NCBI GenBank assembly: GCA_964057225.1
Contig: OZ059898.1
Coordinates: forward strand, 7,502,001-7,566,000
Reading direction: 5' to 3'
Source of the DNA: Auanema rhodensis
Lineage: Eukaryota; Animalia; Nematoda
DNA: 64,000 nt
Below the pieces are notes generated by a model, which was given only the letters and a program-made list of their open reading frames with translations, ran no database searches and was not told where the DNA came from. The position numbers were made by a program, and so were the translations under genes. The stretch's first letter is position 1, and each line of letters begins with the position of its first letter. Shown piece by piece: positions 41,455-53,911 of the stretch.

Positions 41455-42267
41455 TTCTTGGGGGAAAGCCCTGTCTACCTTTCACGCTCAAATCTTAGAT
41501 TAACCGGCTATCGCGGAGTCAATTCTTGCAGATTTTCTTCAAATTTTCTACTCCTATTTCCCGGTGTATATCTAATTTGTTCCCACTTATTTCAAATCAC
41601 AATTTCAAGTTTGTATTTTCACAAACTTACCAACCAAATTGACATCATCAGCTTCTTCAAATCTGCTGTCCAGTCCAAACGGGCTTAATTTGGAGGTTTA
41701 TCCTCAAGATACAAATGTCTCATTTATGAACCCTTCGAAATATTTCTTTCGTTTTTTTCCCAGTATCAGTAGTCGTCTGGTAAGACAAATAGTCTTTTGC
41801 TATACGATAAATTGAGCGAAATTGCGTTCCGTTGTACGGCCAGTCTTTCTTTGCTTGTCGCCAACAGCGGAACGCCTTCTCGTTACCCCTACTGATTGCT
41901 TCTGAGTAAATTATTCCGATATCAATCCCGAATTACCCATTACAGCATGTACAGTGTTCCAGTTTCTCTCCCTCTACCCGTGCCCTTTTTATTCGAGAAG
42001 CGCAAACAAATCACACAATAAGTTTGCCAGTTGGGTCAAAAAAATTCATCTCTTTCCCACTCCTTTGGGGGGTACCCGCGAACTCTTCGGTCGCAGTGCG
42101 ACACGTAGAAATGTAACCCATTCATGGTCCACATGTTATACCTTCTAATTATTGTGTGTTTAAATAATATAAGGTCATTAAAGATAATATGGCAATTGTT
42201 TTTTTATTGTTAAAATGTGAAGACTAGTTCTAAGGAACAAAATATTTGTACATCCGAAAAAAATTAA

Positions 42268-44069
42268 TTATGAGAAAACTATTCTAAAAGTCAATGATTT
42301 CTGAAGAACTTCATCAGCAACCAATATGTTCTCTCCTTCAATAACCAGGTCTGTAATACATAAAGATAACATTTAAAAAATGAGCAAGTACTCACTATGA
42401 AGAGAAACTTCTAAATTATTCATACTCTGTTGCTTGAGATCCGGAAAGAAGCTACTAATTATGTAGAGTTTCTTTTCATTAGTTTCAATAGAGGGATTCT
42501 TGAGTTGACTTTTAAAAAATTAATTAAACAATCAAAATCTAAAATCACTTACTATTTTTGTGTTAGTCTTTGAATAAGATCACTCAATGTATCATCCGGT
42601 CGACAGTCTAGGGGAGGGCTGCCTAGACTACATGTTACACAATTAGGCTAAAAAGTTTGAAATCTCCAATTTTGTACATTAAAACAGCTCACATCTCTTT
42701 CAAGCTTTACTATTCCACAATGAACACCTTCTATGTCGGCAAAGTTAAGGTAATTATCAATTGGTTTCGCGGTACTGTAAAAGTAGTGTAAGAATTAATC
42801 CAACAAACAAACTTGGAAGCCAATTTTAATGCCTCTAGAGCACAAGATGCAGCGATTACAGCATTTGTTGAAGCAACAGCAGGAATTATCCTTTTCAATA
42901 CACCTTGTGTCAGTCTTCTATCAACTCCGCGAATTCCTAATAGAAAAAAAAATATATATATAATGAAGTGATATAATTATACAAATTATATAAACATACC
43001 AAACTTCTCAGCACGAGAAGTAGCCTTTTCTTGTACCCAAACAACGTGGTTCATGTCATCAGCATCCAGTGGAACCCCTGAATTATTATGATTATTTATA
43101 TTAATGCAAAACATTACCCCCAAAAGGTTTTTCGTTAGGCCAAACAACGACCTTAACATACTCAATACAATGCTCCGGTAAACGAGGAGTGTTAGCAATG
43201 GTGCACAAGGGGAAATTTATCTATAAATCTTAACATCGTATGAATATTATTTTCATATCATACTTGAGGAGGGTACAGATCCAGAGTACAGTCAACACAT
43301 GGTGACAAACGCGGATATATAACTCTGGCATTTCCTTTGAATCCTTCTGTGCCACCGTCTATCATGGGAATTATAGTAGACATATCAACTGATCCATCTT
43401 CGTTTAGTAAAGCAAGGTCGCACTTAAAATAATAACACATTGATAATCTTGGCATTTTGAAGTTTATACCAGCATTGCATTTATCCAACGACGGGCTAAA
43501 ATGGAATCTAGACCACAGATAACAATTTGAAACTGTCTGTAGAAATCTGGATCCTTATTCTCAATCTTACAGTTATGCCTAAAATAAATTCTTGCATGTT
43601 AATTTGAGTAACAAAACGCACGCAGTAACTTGGCATCCTTCTACCCTGCTTTGGATGAACCTTGCAGCAACTTCAGCTTTTGACTTCCCAACGTCTGAAT
43701 CTCTTCAAGAAAAGAAAGAGCTCTTCAAGGCAGTTAAATTTCCCAACCTGAATAAAAATTGCCTGTTTAAATTTGATAACTCGATGGTATCCATATCAAT
43801 AACATCAATATTACGGAAACCAGACAATGCCTAAATCAAAAAAAGCTCATAAAACAAACTAAAAAACATCCATTTCCACAAACCAGATTTTTCAACAATT
43901 CGCAGCCTAATCCACCGGCGCCTATTACAAGAACTCTCATATCATGAATAGCTTTCATATTCTCTGGCCCAGGTTCGAACCACTCAACAGAAAAGCCGGA
44001 AGGGCCATCCGTCAAACGACGAACATCACGCCATCGTTCATGTGCTAGCGGGTCAACACTAGCTGCCAT
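42268..44069 (-). CDS. uba-3 (rfl-1): NEDD8-activating enzyme E1 catalytic subunit UBA3, 12 exons: 44069-43884, 43830-43748, 43702-43622, 43578-43470, 43422-43264, 43220-43118, 43077-43000, 42936-42813, 42774-42693, 42647-42553, 42508-42396, 42350-42268
   Basis: [17 protein letters not shown] nucleotide-binding motif, [32 protein letters not shown], catalytic [30 protein letters not shown]. All exon phases are consistent; AATAAA on - at 42208-42203. Confidence 0.97.
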
Positions 44070-44279
44070 ATCTATTTCGATTTACTGCGATAGAATTTTA
44101 CTTGTATATTTTGGTATTTACAGGATCACACCTTTTGCACATAAAACAATAATTATCAGGCATATTTACTTCAGGAACACAAAAACCGGATGAGTATCTT
44201 TTGAGAATGAAACATGACATATTTCTGTATTCTACAACCAGTGTCAATTTGACAGTCAGTGAACGGATTTAATTACAAT

Positions 44280-47044
44280 TTATAAATTTTCAAGAGCAGT
44301 TACAGCTTTGCTCAATTCCGCAATGTACTTCTCGTAGTTGAGATCAGTTACATCGAAAACGTTGTATCGGATTCTCGTTTCATCCTGAAAGATAACAAAA
44401 TAACCTCCTTAATCATAATTTAAACTACATTGTAGGTTTCTGGCTTAGCTCTTATTCTCCAGTTATAAGGCTTGAAACGAATTTGTTCGAAAATATTTAC
44501 GAAAGCATCATTCTAAAAAAGACAAATATAATATTATATAGAACTATATTCTTACATCACTCTCTTTGAGATCGCCTAACTCTTGTGCAGTAAGACCAAG
44601 AACTTTCTCAGCAGTTTTACCGAAAAGCGTAACCCAGATGGATCCCGTACAATCAGTAATTTCAATCTGTAAAACATATGATAGTATTAACAATACAAAA
44701 AACAACTTACAGACACCATGTAATTCCACTTGAAATCGCTTGTTGTTGTGTTACACTTCTCACATCTATATTGATCATCTAGTTGGATTACCTTCTTTTG
44801 ACAGCCTTCTCCGGGACAAGACTAAAATAAAAAACGCAGCTTTTTTAAACTCGAGATAAATTTACCATATAAACGGCATTTTCATGTTTGGAGTTGGTTA
44901 CCATAGCCTTAACAGACATATAACGACCATTTGGCAACTCTGGTTCATTTCCTAATTGTGCAGAAACAGCAGTTCCAATAAATCTGAGATCACGAGCTGA
45001 AAAAATTAAAAATTGAAATATATTGGACAATTTTTGTAAACCAAAGCTATCAATCGAGGAACCGGAAGATGAAAGAGATTTAGTCTCCAACTTAGGACGT
45101 TCAACTTGATGCCATCCATAAAGAGCTTGTACACCTGGGAGATTAGGTGTAAGTTCAATCTTTGATCCCCCTACAGTGCTTAAACTAATACTTCCTGAAA
45201 AGATTAAACAATTACTCCTCCAACGAGAAAGAACAAACCATTCCATTCCTTAACTATAGCTCCTTTAATGCCAATAACTTGGCCAGCAGCGTTTTCACTC
45301 ATGCTGCGAGCCTGCTCACCCCATAGAACAAGTTGCACAATAGTGCTGGTCATATCAATAAGACTAATTTCTCTCTTAGTCATATTTTTTCCAGCACGAG
45401 AAACAAACTATAAATATGGTATACATCATAAAATTATTAAAATGTTTACTTCGTTTAATGGATCCATTTTATCAACAACAGCCAATACATCAATAACTTG
45501 ATCTTTATGCTGAGCTAACCTATCCAAGGGACAAGCTTTTAAAGAGAAAGGTGGGAGTTTGAAAGTATCATGGCAAGGAGTGATCTAAACGCTTAGTTTG
45601 AATACCAAAAAATAAAGAAAAATCACCTCTGTGTCATTTCTGATTGTGAGTTCGTAATCGTGTCCGGTAGCATTAAAAGCACGGTTTGCTTGCTTAACTA
45701 CACCTCCAGAGATATAATAACACTTAACAAAAAAAATATATATATAAAAGATCATGCATAAAACGAATTACACAATCATTCTGAATAACATTGTAGGCTC
45801 TTACGGCACTATCACCAAATCCTGCCAAACGAATACAATCGCCATCCTTGTCTGTTAAATCAAAATTAAATACCTAGAAATATATATGCATCTATGAACT
45901 GAACAGAAATTTAAAACATACTTTCATTTCACCATTTCTTGTTTTAATATCCTTCAACTCTCCCTTGTTTGTACATCTACCACATATTCTCCATTTATTC
46001 ACGTAGGGTGTGATCATTTTAATTGGAGTAACGTTAGAAACTCCAGCAGATTGCTTCGCTGCAGGTGGAGGTGGGCGGGAAGCTTTAGCATCTGAATATA
46101 CAAATAAAAAAAGATAAAAACTTTAAACAGCAAAAGAAAATATTTAAAAAATTACCGGACATATTTACGTTATTAGACTTGGCACCTTTTCCCCACTTAA
46201 CAGTGATATCACTTGATGGTATGAAATCTTTGAAACTGCTCGCAGACTACAAATAAAAAAAATTACTATTCGTTAAGAAAGAAGACATTTAAGGGACAAA
46301 ATAATTCTTAGAAGCACATATATACAAAACATTCAAAAACAGGCGTTAGCGCGCAATATGAACCCACCCAGCTGCGTAACAATTTTAAATATATCGTATT
46401 AAGTGAGCCAAATCCTATTTACCTGTTCATCAGAAATTTTATGCTGTTTGCCGCTGTTAATCAACTCATGACCACGACTGAGAAGTTGATAATCTTCAAT
46501 AACAACTGGGACTAATCTAAACAAGATAATACTGAGATATGGATAAATTTTGAACAAATACCCTTGTGCAGTAACTCCAGGCATCTTTCTTATTTTTTTA
46601 ATAAGAATAATTTCTCCTCCTTTTTCGTTCTCATCTGTTTTTCCAATAATTTGGTCTTGCTCAAATTTTCCTGACAACTGATCAGCGAAATAAGCAGCTT
46701 AAAAAAATATCGTTTTCGGATATTAGTTAGAGCTTACAATTTGAATAAAAAAAACCATCTGAAATCTTAGCACGAGCGCAGGAATTCAATGTGTTTTCTT
46801 TTTCACATTTCATATTCTGGAAAGAAGCAATATTTTAATAATTAACACATACGGATTTATACTTGAATTTGAACAATGGCTGGCTTTGTTAGATTGAAAT
46901 CGGGTAAATAGAAATCCTGTAAATGTTAAATTAACTCCATTTTTCAATGCAGAAACATACTCTAACAGCTCCAGAAGTGAGAGGTAGTTCATCGCCTTTC
47001 TTGTATTGTTCATATAATTCTGTTGAACACTCAACTGTTGCCAT
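44280..47044 (-). CDS. rpa-1: Replication protein A 70-kDa subunit (OB folds plus C4 zinc finger), about 17 exons
   Basis: Starts MATVECSTELYEQYKKGDELPLTSGAVR after a TGCAG acceptor. Contains ITPYVNKWRI, YYISGGVVKQANRAFNATGHDYELT, VQLVLWGEQA, CPGEGCQKK..YRCEKC and DCTGSIWVTLFG. Stop TAA at 44282-44280. Confidence 0.95.
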
Positions 47045-47214
47045 TTCTGCATGAATCAAATATATGCTTATTCTTAATACAATACATGAAAGATATTAAT
47101 AAGAAAAATCTTAAAAATATATAATTAAATATTTTTGCACTTAAATAGAATTTCAAAATAGCTTTATTATATTCGTGGCACTCCTATTCGTTCAATCGTT
47201 ATCGTACATTTAAC

Positions 47215-47242
47215 TTTCCCGCCAATGGGAAAAGGCGCGAAA
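47215..47242. promoter_or_regulatory. Paired E2F/DP-type sites upstream of rpa-1
   Basis: TTTCCCGCC at 47215-47223 (+) and TTTCGCGCC at 47242-47234 (-), about 170-200 bp upstream of the rpa-1 ATG. Both match the TTTSSCGC consensus. Confidence 0.65.
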
Positions 47243-48338
47243 TGTTGAACTGTACGCATTAACTAATATATCTTTAGAGCAGATATGATTATTTCGTTTT
47301 CGGTGGTGTTGCTATATAGTTTTTCTACACGTTTCGTTGTTATCGATAAAAAAAAGACTGAGTAGCACTTGTTTAAATCCTTATATATATATAAATTTAT
47401 TTAATTATTCCACTTTTGCAATTTCATTATTAAATAATAAGAGAAAAAAATATTAAAACTTTATTAAAAACGAATAGAACCGGAGGCATGATAAGCAACA
47501 CACGTCGCAGTAAAAAATAGACATCTCATGTTGAAAATTTCTAAGATGTGTACAGAGTATGGTAAAATACAACTAGGCATTAATTTTTTAGCTAAGATGC
47601 CATGGGAAAAAATTTGACCTTCGCATGGCATTGAAAACAAGATAGGTAACAAACTAAAAACCGTAAAAAATGGAGAATTGGATATAAGCTCATGGATAGG
47701 TTCGTTACCTAGCTTACAACAAGTCTGAATACCTCTTACGCGTAAAAATAGATGAAGAGCTACAACACCAGTCAAACAACGTTCAAACATGGCTTAGCCT
47801 GTCAGGTTGATTAACTAAACATGACCCATGCAGAAACGCATTCTGAATACTTATTATCTTTTTTTTGTTAAGCTAACCAAGGTTTGGCATAGCAACAGAT
47901 AAAACTTTGCTAGAAGGATGAAAAGGGAGACTGGGAATATGCCAACAAAAATAAAAAAAAACGAACAAAACAAGACGATTCGATGAAGGCAAGAAAGAAA
48001 ACGGAAGTGAGATTTGGGAACCAATAAGGCTCAAAAAAAATCATCGAACACACTACACGAAGTTATCACCGGAGGAAGTATAAGGACGACATGTATCAGT
48101 ACCAAGCATCAGGATGAAAATATTTTTTTAATATTTAATAGCATTTTTTAAAGACATAAAAATCTTTCAAAAGCAAAACTTGTAACACTAGGCACCTAAT
48201 TCTCATCACCTGCAGAAATTGATGTGATTTGCACAGTGTAAGTAATCACAGAAAGCCTTCAGAACGCAATAGGCGGTTAAGGAGGAATAGGATATCGTGC
48301 ATGATAAAGATGAGCCCGTGGATGTTTGTTTGAGAACG

Positions 48339-51300
48339 TTATACTGAAGTTTTAGGAGTATACTGCGTTGGTGCTGAAACACAATTATAAATCAACGTTA
48401 GTGTTAGTTCTCTACCTGCTCCCTTGAGGAAATTCTCCCATCGTTGAGTCATTAGCTCTATCATGCATAAATGACGCCGATCAGGCTCTATATTAGTAGT
48501 AGCTAAACCTTTGGCAAAACGAACAGTTTTACCACCTAAGTTTAGAACAAAAGCTCCATCTTCTAAAATAAATGGTTTTTAACAGAAGCCAGAAAATTCT
48601 AACCAGCAGGCATCTTGTTTTCAAGATTAGCAGCTTCGTTCTCGTCATAAAAGAAAGACAATCCTGTGGATGACACTGGAGCGGAGGGTAGTTCGGCACC
48701 AGAAGTTCCTATAAATAAAGCAATAACTATATTGATAAATATATAAGAAAAACCTTGCGTTCCTACAATTTCTACAACTGGTGAAGGGCTGGGAGAAGTT
48801 TCAGTTGCCTGTTGGCTTGAAAGTGACGTTGGTTTAGTGGACTCTGTAGGAGAATTTTCACGACCTTAACAAAATAATATAAAGAATTACCTAAGAGTAT
48901 ACACTCACTTTGATCAGAAGACTTTTTGGCAGCATCAGCGTAGCTAAATGCACGTTCTGGGGAGGGAGTTCCGTTCACAGCAGTTGGAGCCATCTAGAAA
49001 ACAAATAGTAATGATTTAACATCGAAACAACAACAAATGTGAAATTAGCAAGAAAAGTAATATAAAGCAAAAGATGTTTGTCAACGACATTATTAGCAAT
49101 AACATGGTTACATAATTTGGGGAATAATTAATTCCAAACAAAAAATCACACCTAGAAGGGCAATGGGAGAAAAAAACAATTATAGAAATAAAATGACGTA
49201 CGATAAAAAATATGTGGCACTATTGAAAAGTTATTTATCTATTTAACGGGGCAATTGAATACAAATATTTTAGCAATGCAGTGGTGGGCTGTTGCAAAGA
49301 CAGACAAAAATTATCATGGAACAAAAATTATATAATGTATTAGCAAAATTGATACTATACGGGAAAATTTTTAGACACCGAAAGAAGTTTTTATTTGATA
49401 GTGCTTACTTAGGCAAGTCGTTCTCATTTGCACAACATGCAGTGAAGGGATCGTCAATGTATCGATTGAAACTATCTGCCGAAGACCTGTCGCCCCTCCC
49501 TTTCAATTGTAAGAACAGAAATAATCATTGGGTGGTTTTTCTTCATTTTGAATTGTATTATTAGCGTAAAAAAAAGATCTATTACAAAAAAGGAATAGTA
49601 TTTCAAAAGGTGAGAAATGATTCAAAACAAAAAAAAAATATTGCAAATTTACAAATGGTCAGCTAAGAAATGAACTTGTGTTCTATAGTTCATTAACGAT
49701 AAAAGACGCAAAAATATAACAAAAAATAGAAAATTGCCATCAATAGGCTAGTTGCCCAGAATATCTGTTACCAAAGGGTATATTGGGGCGTAACCTTTAG
49801 TAATCTACAGGGATAGGCGTCGTACTATTGCACTCGCAGGTATAGAGAAAAAAAGGTATTTGCTATTGGCGCATGTCGATTAGGAAAAACCAAAAAGGGA
49901 TACTTCATGAGAATAAATGCCAAAATTATATGACAAATGAAAGAAAAACACAATACCTCGTCAGTAGGGGCATCGTGGTAGCTATGCTCTGAGTCAGCAG
50001 TCGATTCCGGCCTCTACAAACACAATCGAGAGTAAATTTAACGGAAGAACAATGAAAGACACTAACCTCTTGCCGTAAAACTTTACGTTTCAAAGGAGTC
50101 GTTTGACGCACTGCTGGAGGTTTGTTCTCCTGCTAAATACTCGATAAAATGATTAAGCTGAGAAGGTTCTACCTTTTTTTCGTCCATAAAATCTGCTAAT
50201 GAAGTAGTAGTAGGTCTTCTATTCTTGTTTGATACCCGTTCTTCTAAAGAATTTCTACGAGGCAATTCATTACGCTCATTGGCAGTTTTCGACCGCCGCT
50301 CAGTTTTACCAGCAGAACTTAAACAAAATAGAATTAACAAAAAAATCCAAATTGTAGAATTACCCCGTTCGAGTGGTTTGTTGATGAGTTTGTTTTCTTT
50401 TTGCTTTCCCAGAGACAGTGATAAACTCTTGCTCTTCTACAATTTGTCGGTCGACAATAGTAACATCTTCATCGTCAGCTCTTCAAAAAAATTATATACA
50501 ATAAAAAAAAAGATGATATTACCTATAGTTTGCACCGTCCAACATTACATCTGATGAAGCAATGGCATTTGCAGATATAGTTGCATTTTGCTGCGAAGAG
50601 GTTTGATAACATGACATCGTAAAGACAAGAGTAATACCTCTTCTCCAGGCGATAACGCAACACCTTCATCAGCCGATAAGAATTCTTCTTCAGCATCTTC
50701 GGTTGAGAACCGTCCAACTCTAGGTCCAACAACTAGATCCCCCGTTGTATTGTTGGTAGGACCATTGCTTTTCCGGCGCTTGGGAGATGTTTTGTTGTTC
50801 ACATTCTGAACTTTAGGATTGCTACAATTCAACGTTGAGATTGTTGCTGATGCAGATTCTCTGTAAAAAAAGATCGTACAACATTGAATGTGTTTTCTGA
50901 TATCTATTAATCAAAACGACACGTCAGTGTGACATTTTGACATATAAAAATAAAAATCGATTTTTAGATCCTCTAACACAAGTCTACAGAAGAAGTAAAG
51001 AATCAATATTATTTAAAAATAGGAAAAAGATTAAAAGATTTATGCTTACTTGGCGCTAGATTTCGTTGACACGGATGAGCTGGCGTCTTGTTGCTGGTTG
51101 CCGGGCGCCAGCGGCGCCTTGCCTTGGTGGTTTCCGATTGTGGCGACGTTGGTGGGAGAGACAGCGTCCTCCTTAGTATCCTTAGATTCTTTCGACTTTC
51201 GCCGACGACCCTTACGAACAGGATCCTCGTTTTCTGTTGATGTATGTTGGCCTTTCTAAAAGTTAAAAAGCGATAAAAAATTTGCGCCGAGCGTTGAGTA

Positions 51301-53911
51301 GCTTACTTGTTTTTTGACACTCTCGCAGGGTACTGGTTCACCTTCTATGAGATTTAACAGTTGGTCCAAGGGCAATCCGCCCATATAACCTAAAAATTAG
51401 ATAAATGAATAAAAAGAACGGACGAAAGTTAAACGAGTATAAGTTTTAGAAATAGAAAAAAATGCTTATCTAAAGAAGAATAATAGGAACCAGTAGTCTT
51501 AAGTAAAATATATTGGGGAGGGTCTTCGATGAGTCATCCAACAAAAAAAGAATGCGAGAGGAGAGCTAAGCATGACTAGTTTTCTGCTTTGCAAAGGGGA
51601 AGGTATTGTAGGGAGCGTTTAACAGATTAACTGATACGAATTCGATTGATTCCTGATGTAAACATAGTTGCGGTCGGAAATAAAAAACCCGCAATAAACT
51701 GTTGTTAACAATAGACTGTTACTACAAAGAGAAATAAACATACGTTATAGAGGTGAAGAAAAGAAGAAAACTAGGAATAGACGGAGAGGTATGATGCGGG
51801 CAAGTATCCAAAAAAAGAGGCAAAAGGAGCAAAATCGCCCGTGAATAACAGAGAATTTGGAAGTGGGCCAAACTGACGACGCGCGACACAGCTGAGAGCG
51901 ACCCAAAACGGATGGAAACAGCTGTAGAGAGAGCGTTTCTGAAAGAGATGCGCAGACCAAAGGCATTGGATAGAGAGTAGGTCGGCAGCTGAGAATGTAA
52001 GAGGCCTATCGAGACATGGCATAGACGGGAGAGGACGTCAGAGCCTGCTAGAGAATGGGGCACAGAAATGAGAGACCGCGAAAGGGAAAGGGAGGAGGTG
52101 AAGGAGAGGGAGGAGAGATTGGGTAAGGCCCACATTACTCTAGAACTGCACTGAGGCCCGAAGGCAGACGCAGAGGGTCCTTCAAGCAAGCCACAGAAGA
52201 AACCCATAGCCATAAAGAAGAGCAATGGCATCATTTACAGAAGTGAGCAACAATACTAGAGAATAATGCAAAGTCAGTCCCTTGGACAAAAATAACAACA
52301 AAAATCAAAACCGCTAAAGCAATACGATTTCCCCAAAGCTACTGTGTATTACAAACAGATTCTGAAGAAAAATCGATTTAGACCAAATATTTCAAGGAGC
52401 ATGTGTGCGTGTGAGTGTGGATTTTAACAGAAGATGGGAAAGAAGAAGCAGGAAGACACACCGAGCAAAGCCACAGGGATGTTGACATGCTGTCCATATG
52501 CGAAAAAGGAGCAAAAGAGTTTTCCACTAAGAAAACTTCGATGGATTCTTAGTTCAGATTCAGCTAGTCGCAACCATTGGAGTAAATAGCCTAACAAGGT
52601 CTCAATCGAAAAAAATTGAGCTGTAAAAGACCAGCTGTATTCAGAAACTACAGATGTTCCCGAAAAAAAAAAGAAAAAGAAAATAGGATCAGAGATAAAA
52701 TGGTATTATGAGAAGCACTCGTTGAGAAATATGAAGATAAATTCACCTTGAACATTCTCGGAAAGAAAAGTGTTTTTAGCCTCCTTATCTTTTTTCTTCT
52801 TCTTTCGTATTCCATCTCTTTTACCATTCTAAAGAAAATAAAATAGACTTCTAAAAAAACAGTACTGACCATGCAGTTAGAGTCCTGATGCTTGATATCA
52901 TCGGTGACACGGAGATTACCATTCTGAAAATACTTTATTCATTTTTAAGTCAAAAAGTTTTTTTTGTATGAACACCCATCCTTAAACTGGGTTCCTTCTC
53001 ATCTATTAAACCCCTCCAATTACAGGGATGCAAACTTTCACAAACCTAAGCCAATCAAATGGCCACTTCTCTTCATATAGATACCCAGAAGAAATAAGGG
53101 AATTCAATCGCTTGGTCTCTTAGAGTAATACGCTATCTCACATCTTCCACATGTACTCTCCGCAGTCTATCATCTTGTAGTTAGCCTATATATACATGAT
53201 GAATATGACCAACTCCTTTGAAGCAAAGTGCAATCTAAGTTAGAATGCATGTATCTGTCTAGTCTACATGAGAACAGATGTTGCAACATGAAAGGAAGCA
53301 CAAGAAACTACGAGTAGATCTACGCGTAATGTTGATACATATTAGCAGTAAGGGTTTGAGAAAACACTTTAATATGTGCTTATTCAGATAGCTACAATTG
53401 CTTAATCTTATCCAGAACAAGAAGTTAAAGACCTGATTAAGTACATATGAATATTACAGCCTTTTCTTTGTAATCATTTCGTAGTTTTTGGCTAAATTAG
53501 TAAGCAATGATATCGCAACCCTATAGACAATTTGTGCATGTGATGAAAGAACGAGTAGGAAGGCAACGGGAAAGATAACCTTATAAAAAGAGATTTCAAA
53601 ACTAAACTCAATAAATGAAGTATACTAAAGAGAAAATTGAAATAGATTACAATCAAATGGACTTTGAGCACAACCATCCTATGTGATTTTGAAATAAAAC
53701 GTGATAGCTAAGACATTTTCCCAACAAGTTAGTCAACAATCCAGCTAACCTTAGCGTCATCCGGAACAAATCCATTCAAAAGTCCGTAGAAAATATCAGA
53801 ACAGACCCCAATATTCATTGGAGGTAATCTGATAGGAGAAACAGAAGAATTATTAGTATCTGTTCCGATTTGTTCTCCAGAATCAGTACTATCGATGGAA
53901 GAAACCGACAT
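48339..53911 (-). CDS. Uncharacterised, largely low-complexity/disordered protein (gene X core). Exons: 53911-53750, 52923-52870, 52828-52747, 51389-51307, 51255-51050, 50860-50638, 50590-50523, 50480-50364, 50317-50173, 50129-50067, 50013-49957, 48993-48909, 48864-48754, 48708-48604, 48562-48416, 48373-48339
   Basis: Sixteen GT-AG exons join with consistent phases and no stop. Short motif-like islands: VQGYMGGLPLDQLLNLIEG, EEEFLSADEG, EFITVSGKAKRK, SLADFM, SYADAAKK, LSFFYDE, HLCMIELMTQRWENF. AATAAA on - at 47465-47460. Family not recognised. Confidence 0.8.

Noticed and set aside
46810-47052. ORF-track start MQKWQQ for rpa-1
   Set aside because: Wrong frame; the RPA1-like N-terminus starts at ATG 47044 after the acceptor.
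51722-52234. 170-aa minus-strand ORF and overlapping ORFs
   Set aside because: Lies in a gene X intron, is open in several frames because of GA/CT bias, and is better explained as a promoter-like island.
49408-53052. Telomerase-template-like words in gene X introns (GCCTAAG on - at 49414-49408; CCTAAGCC on + at ~53045)
   Set aside because: Only 7-8 nt, one is antisense to the host gene, and no pseudoknot or H/ACA structure is evident.
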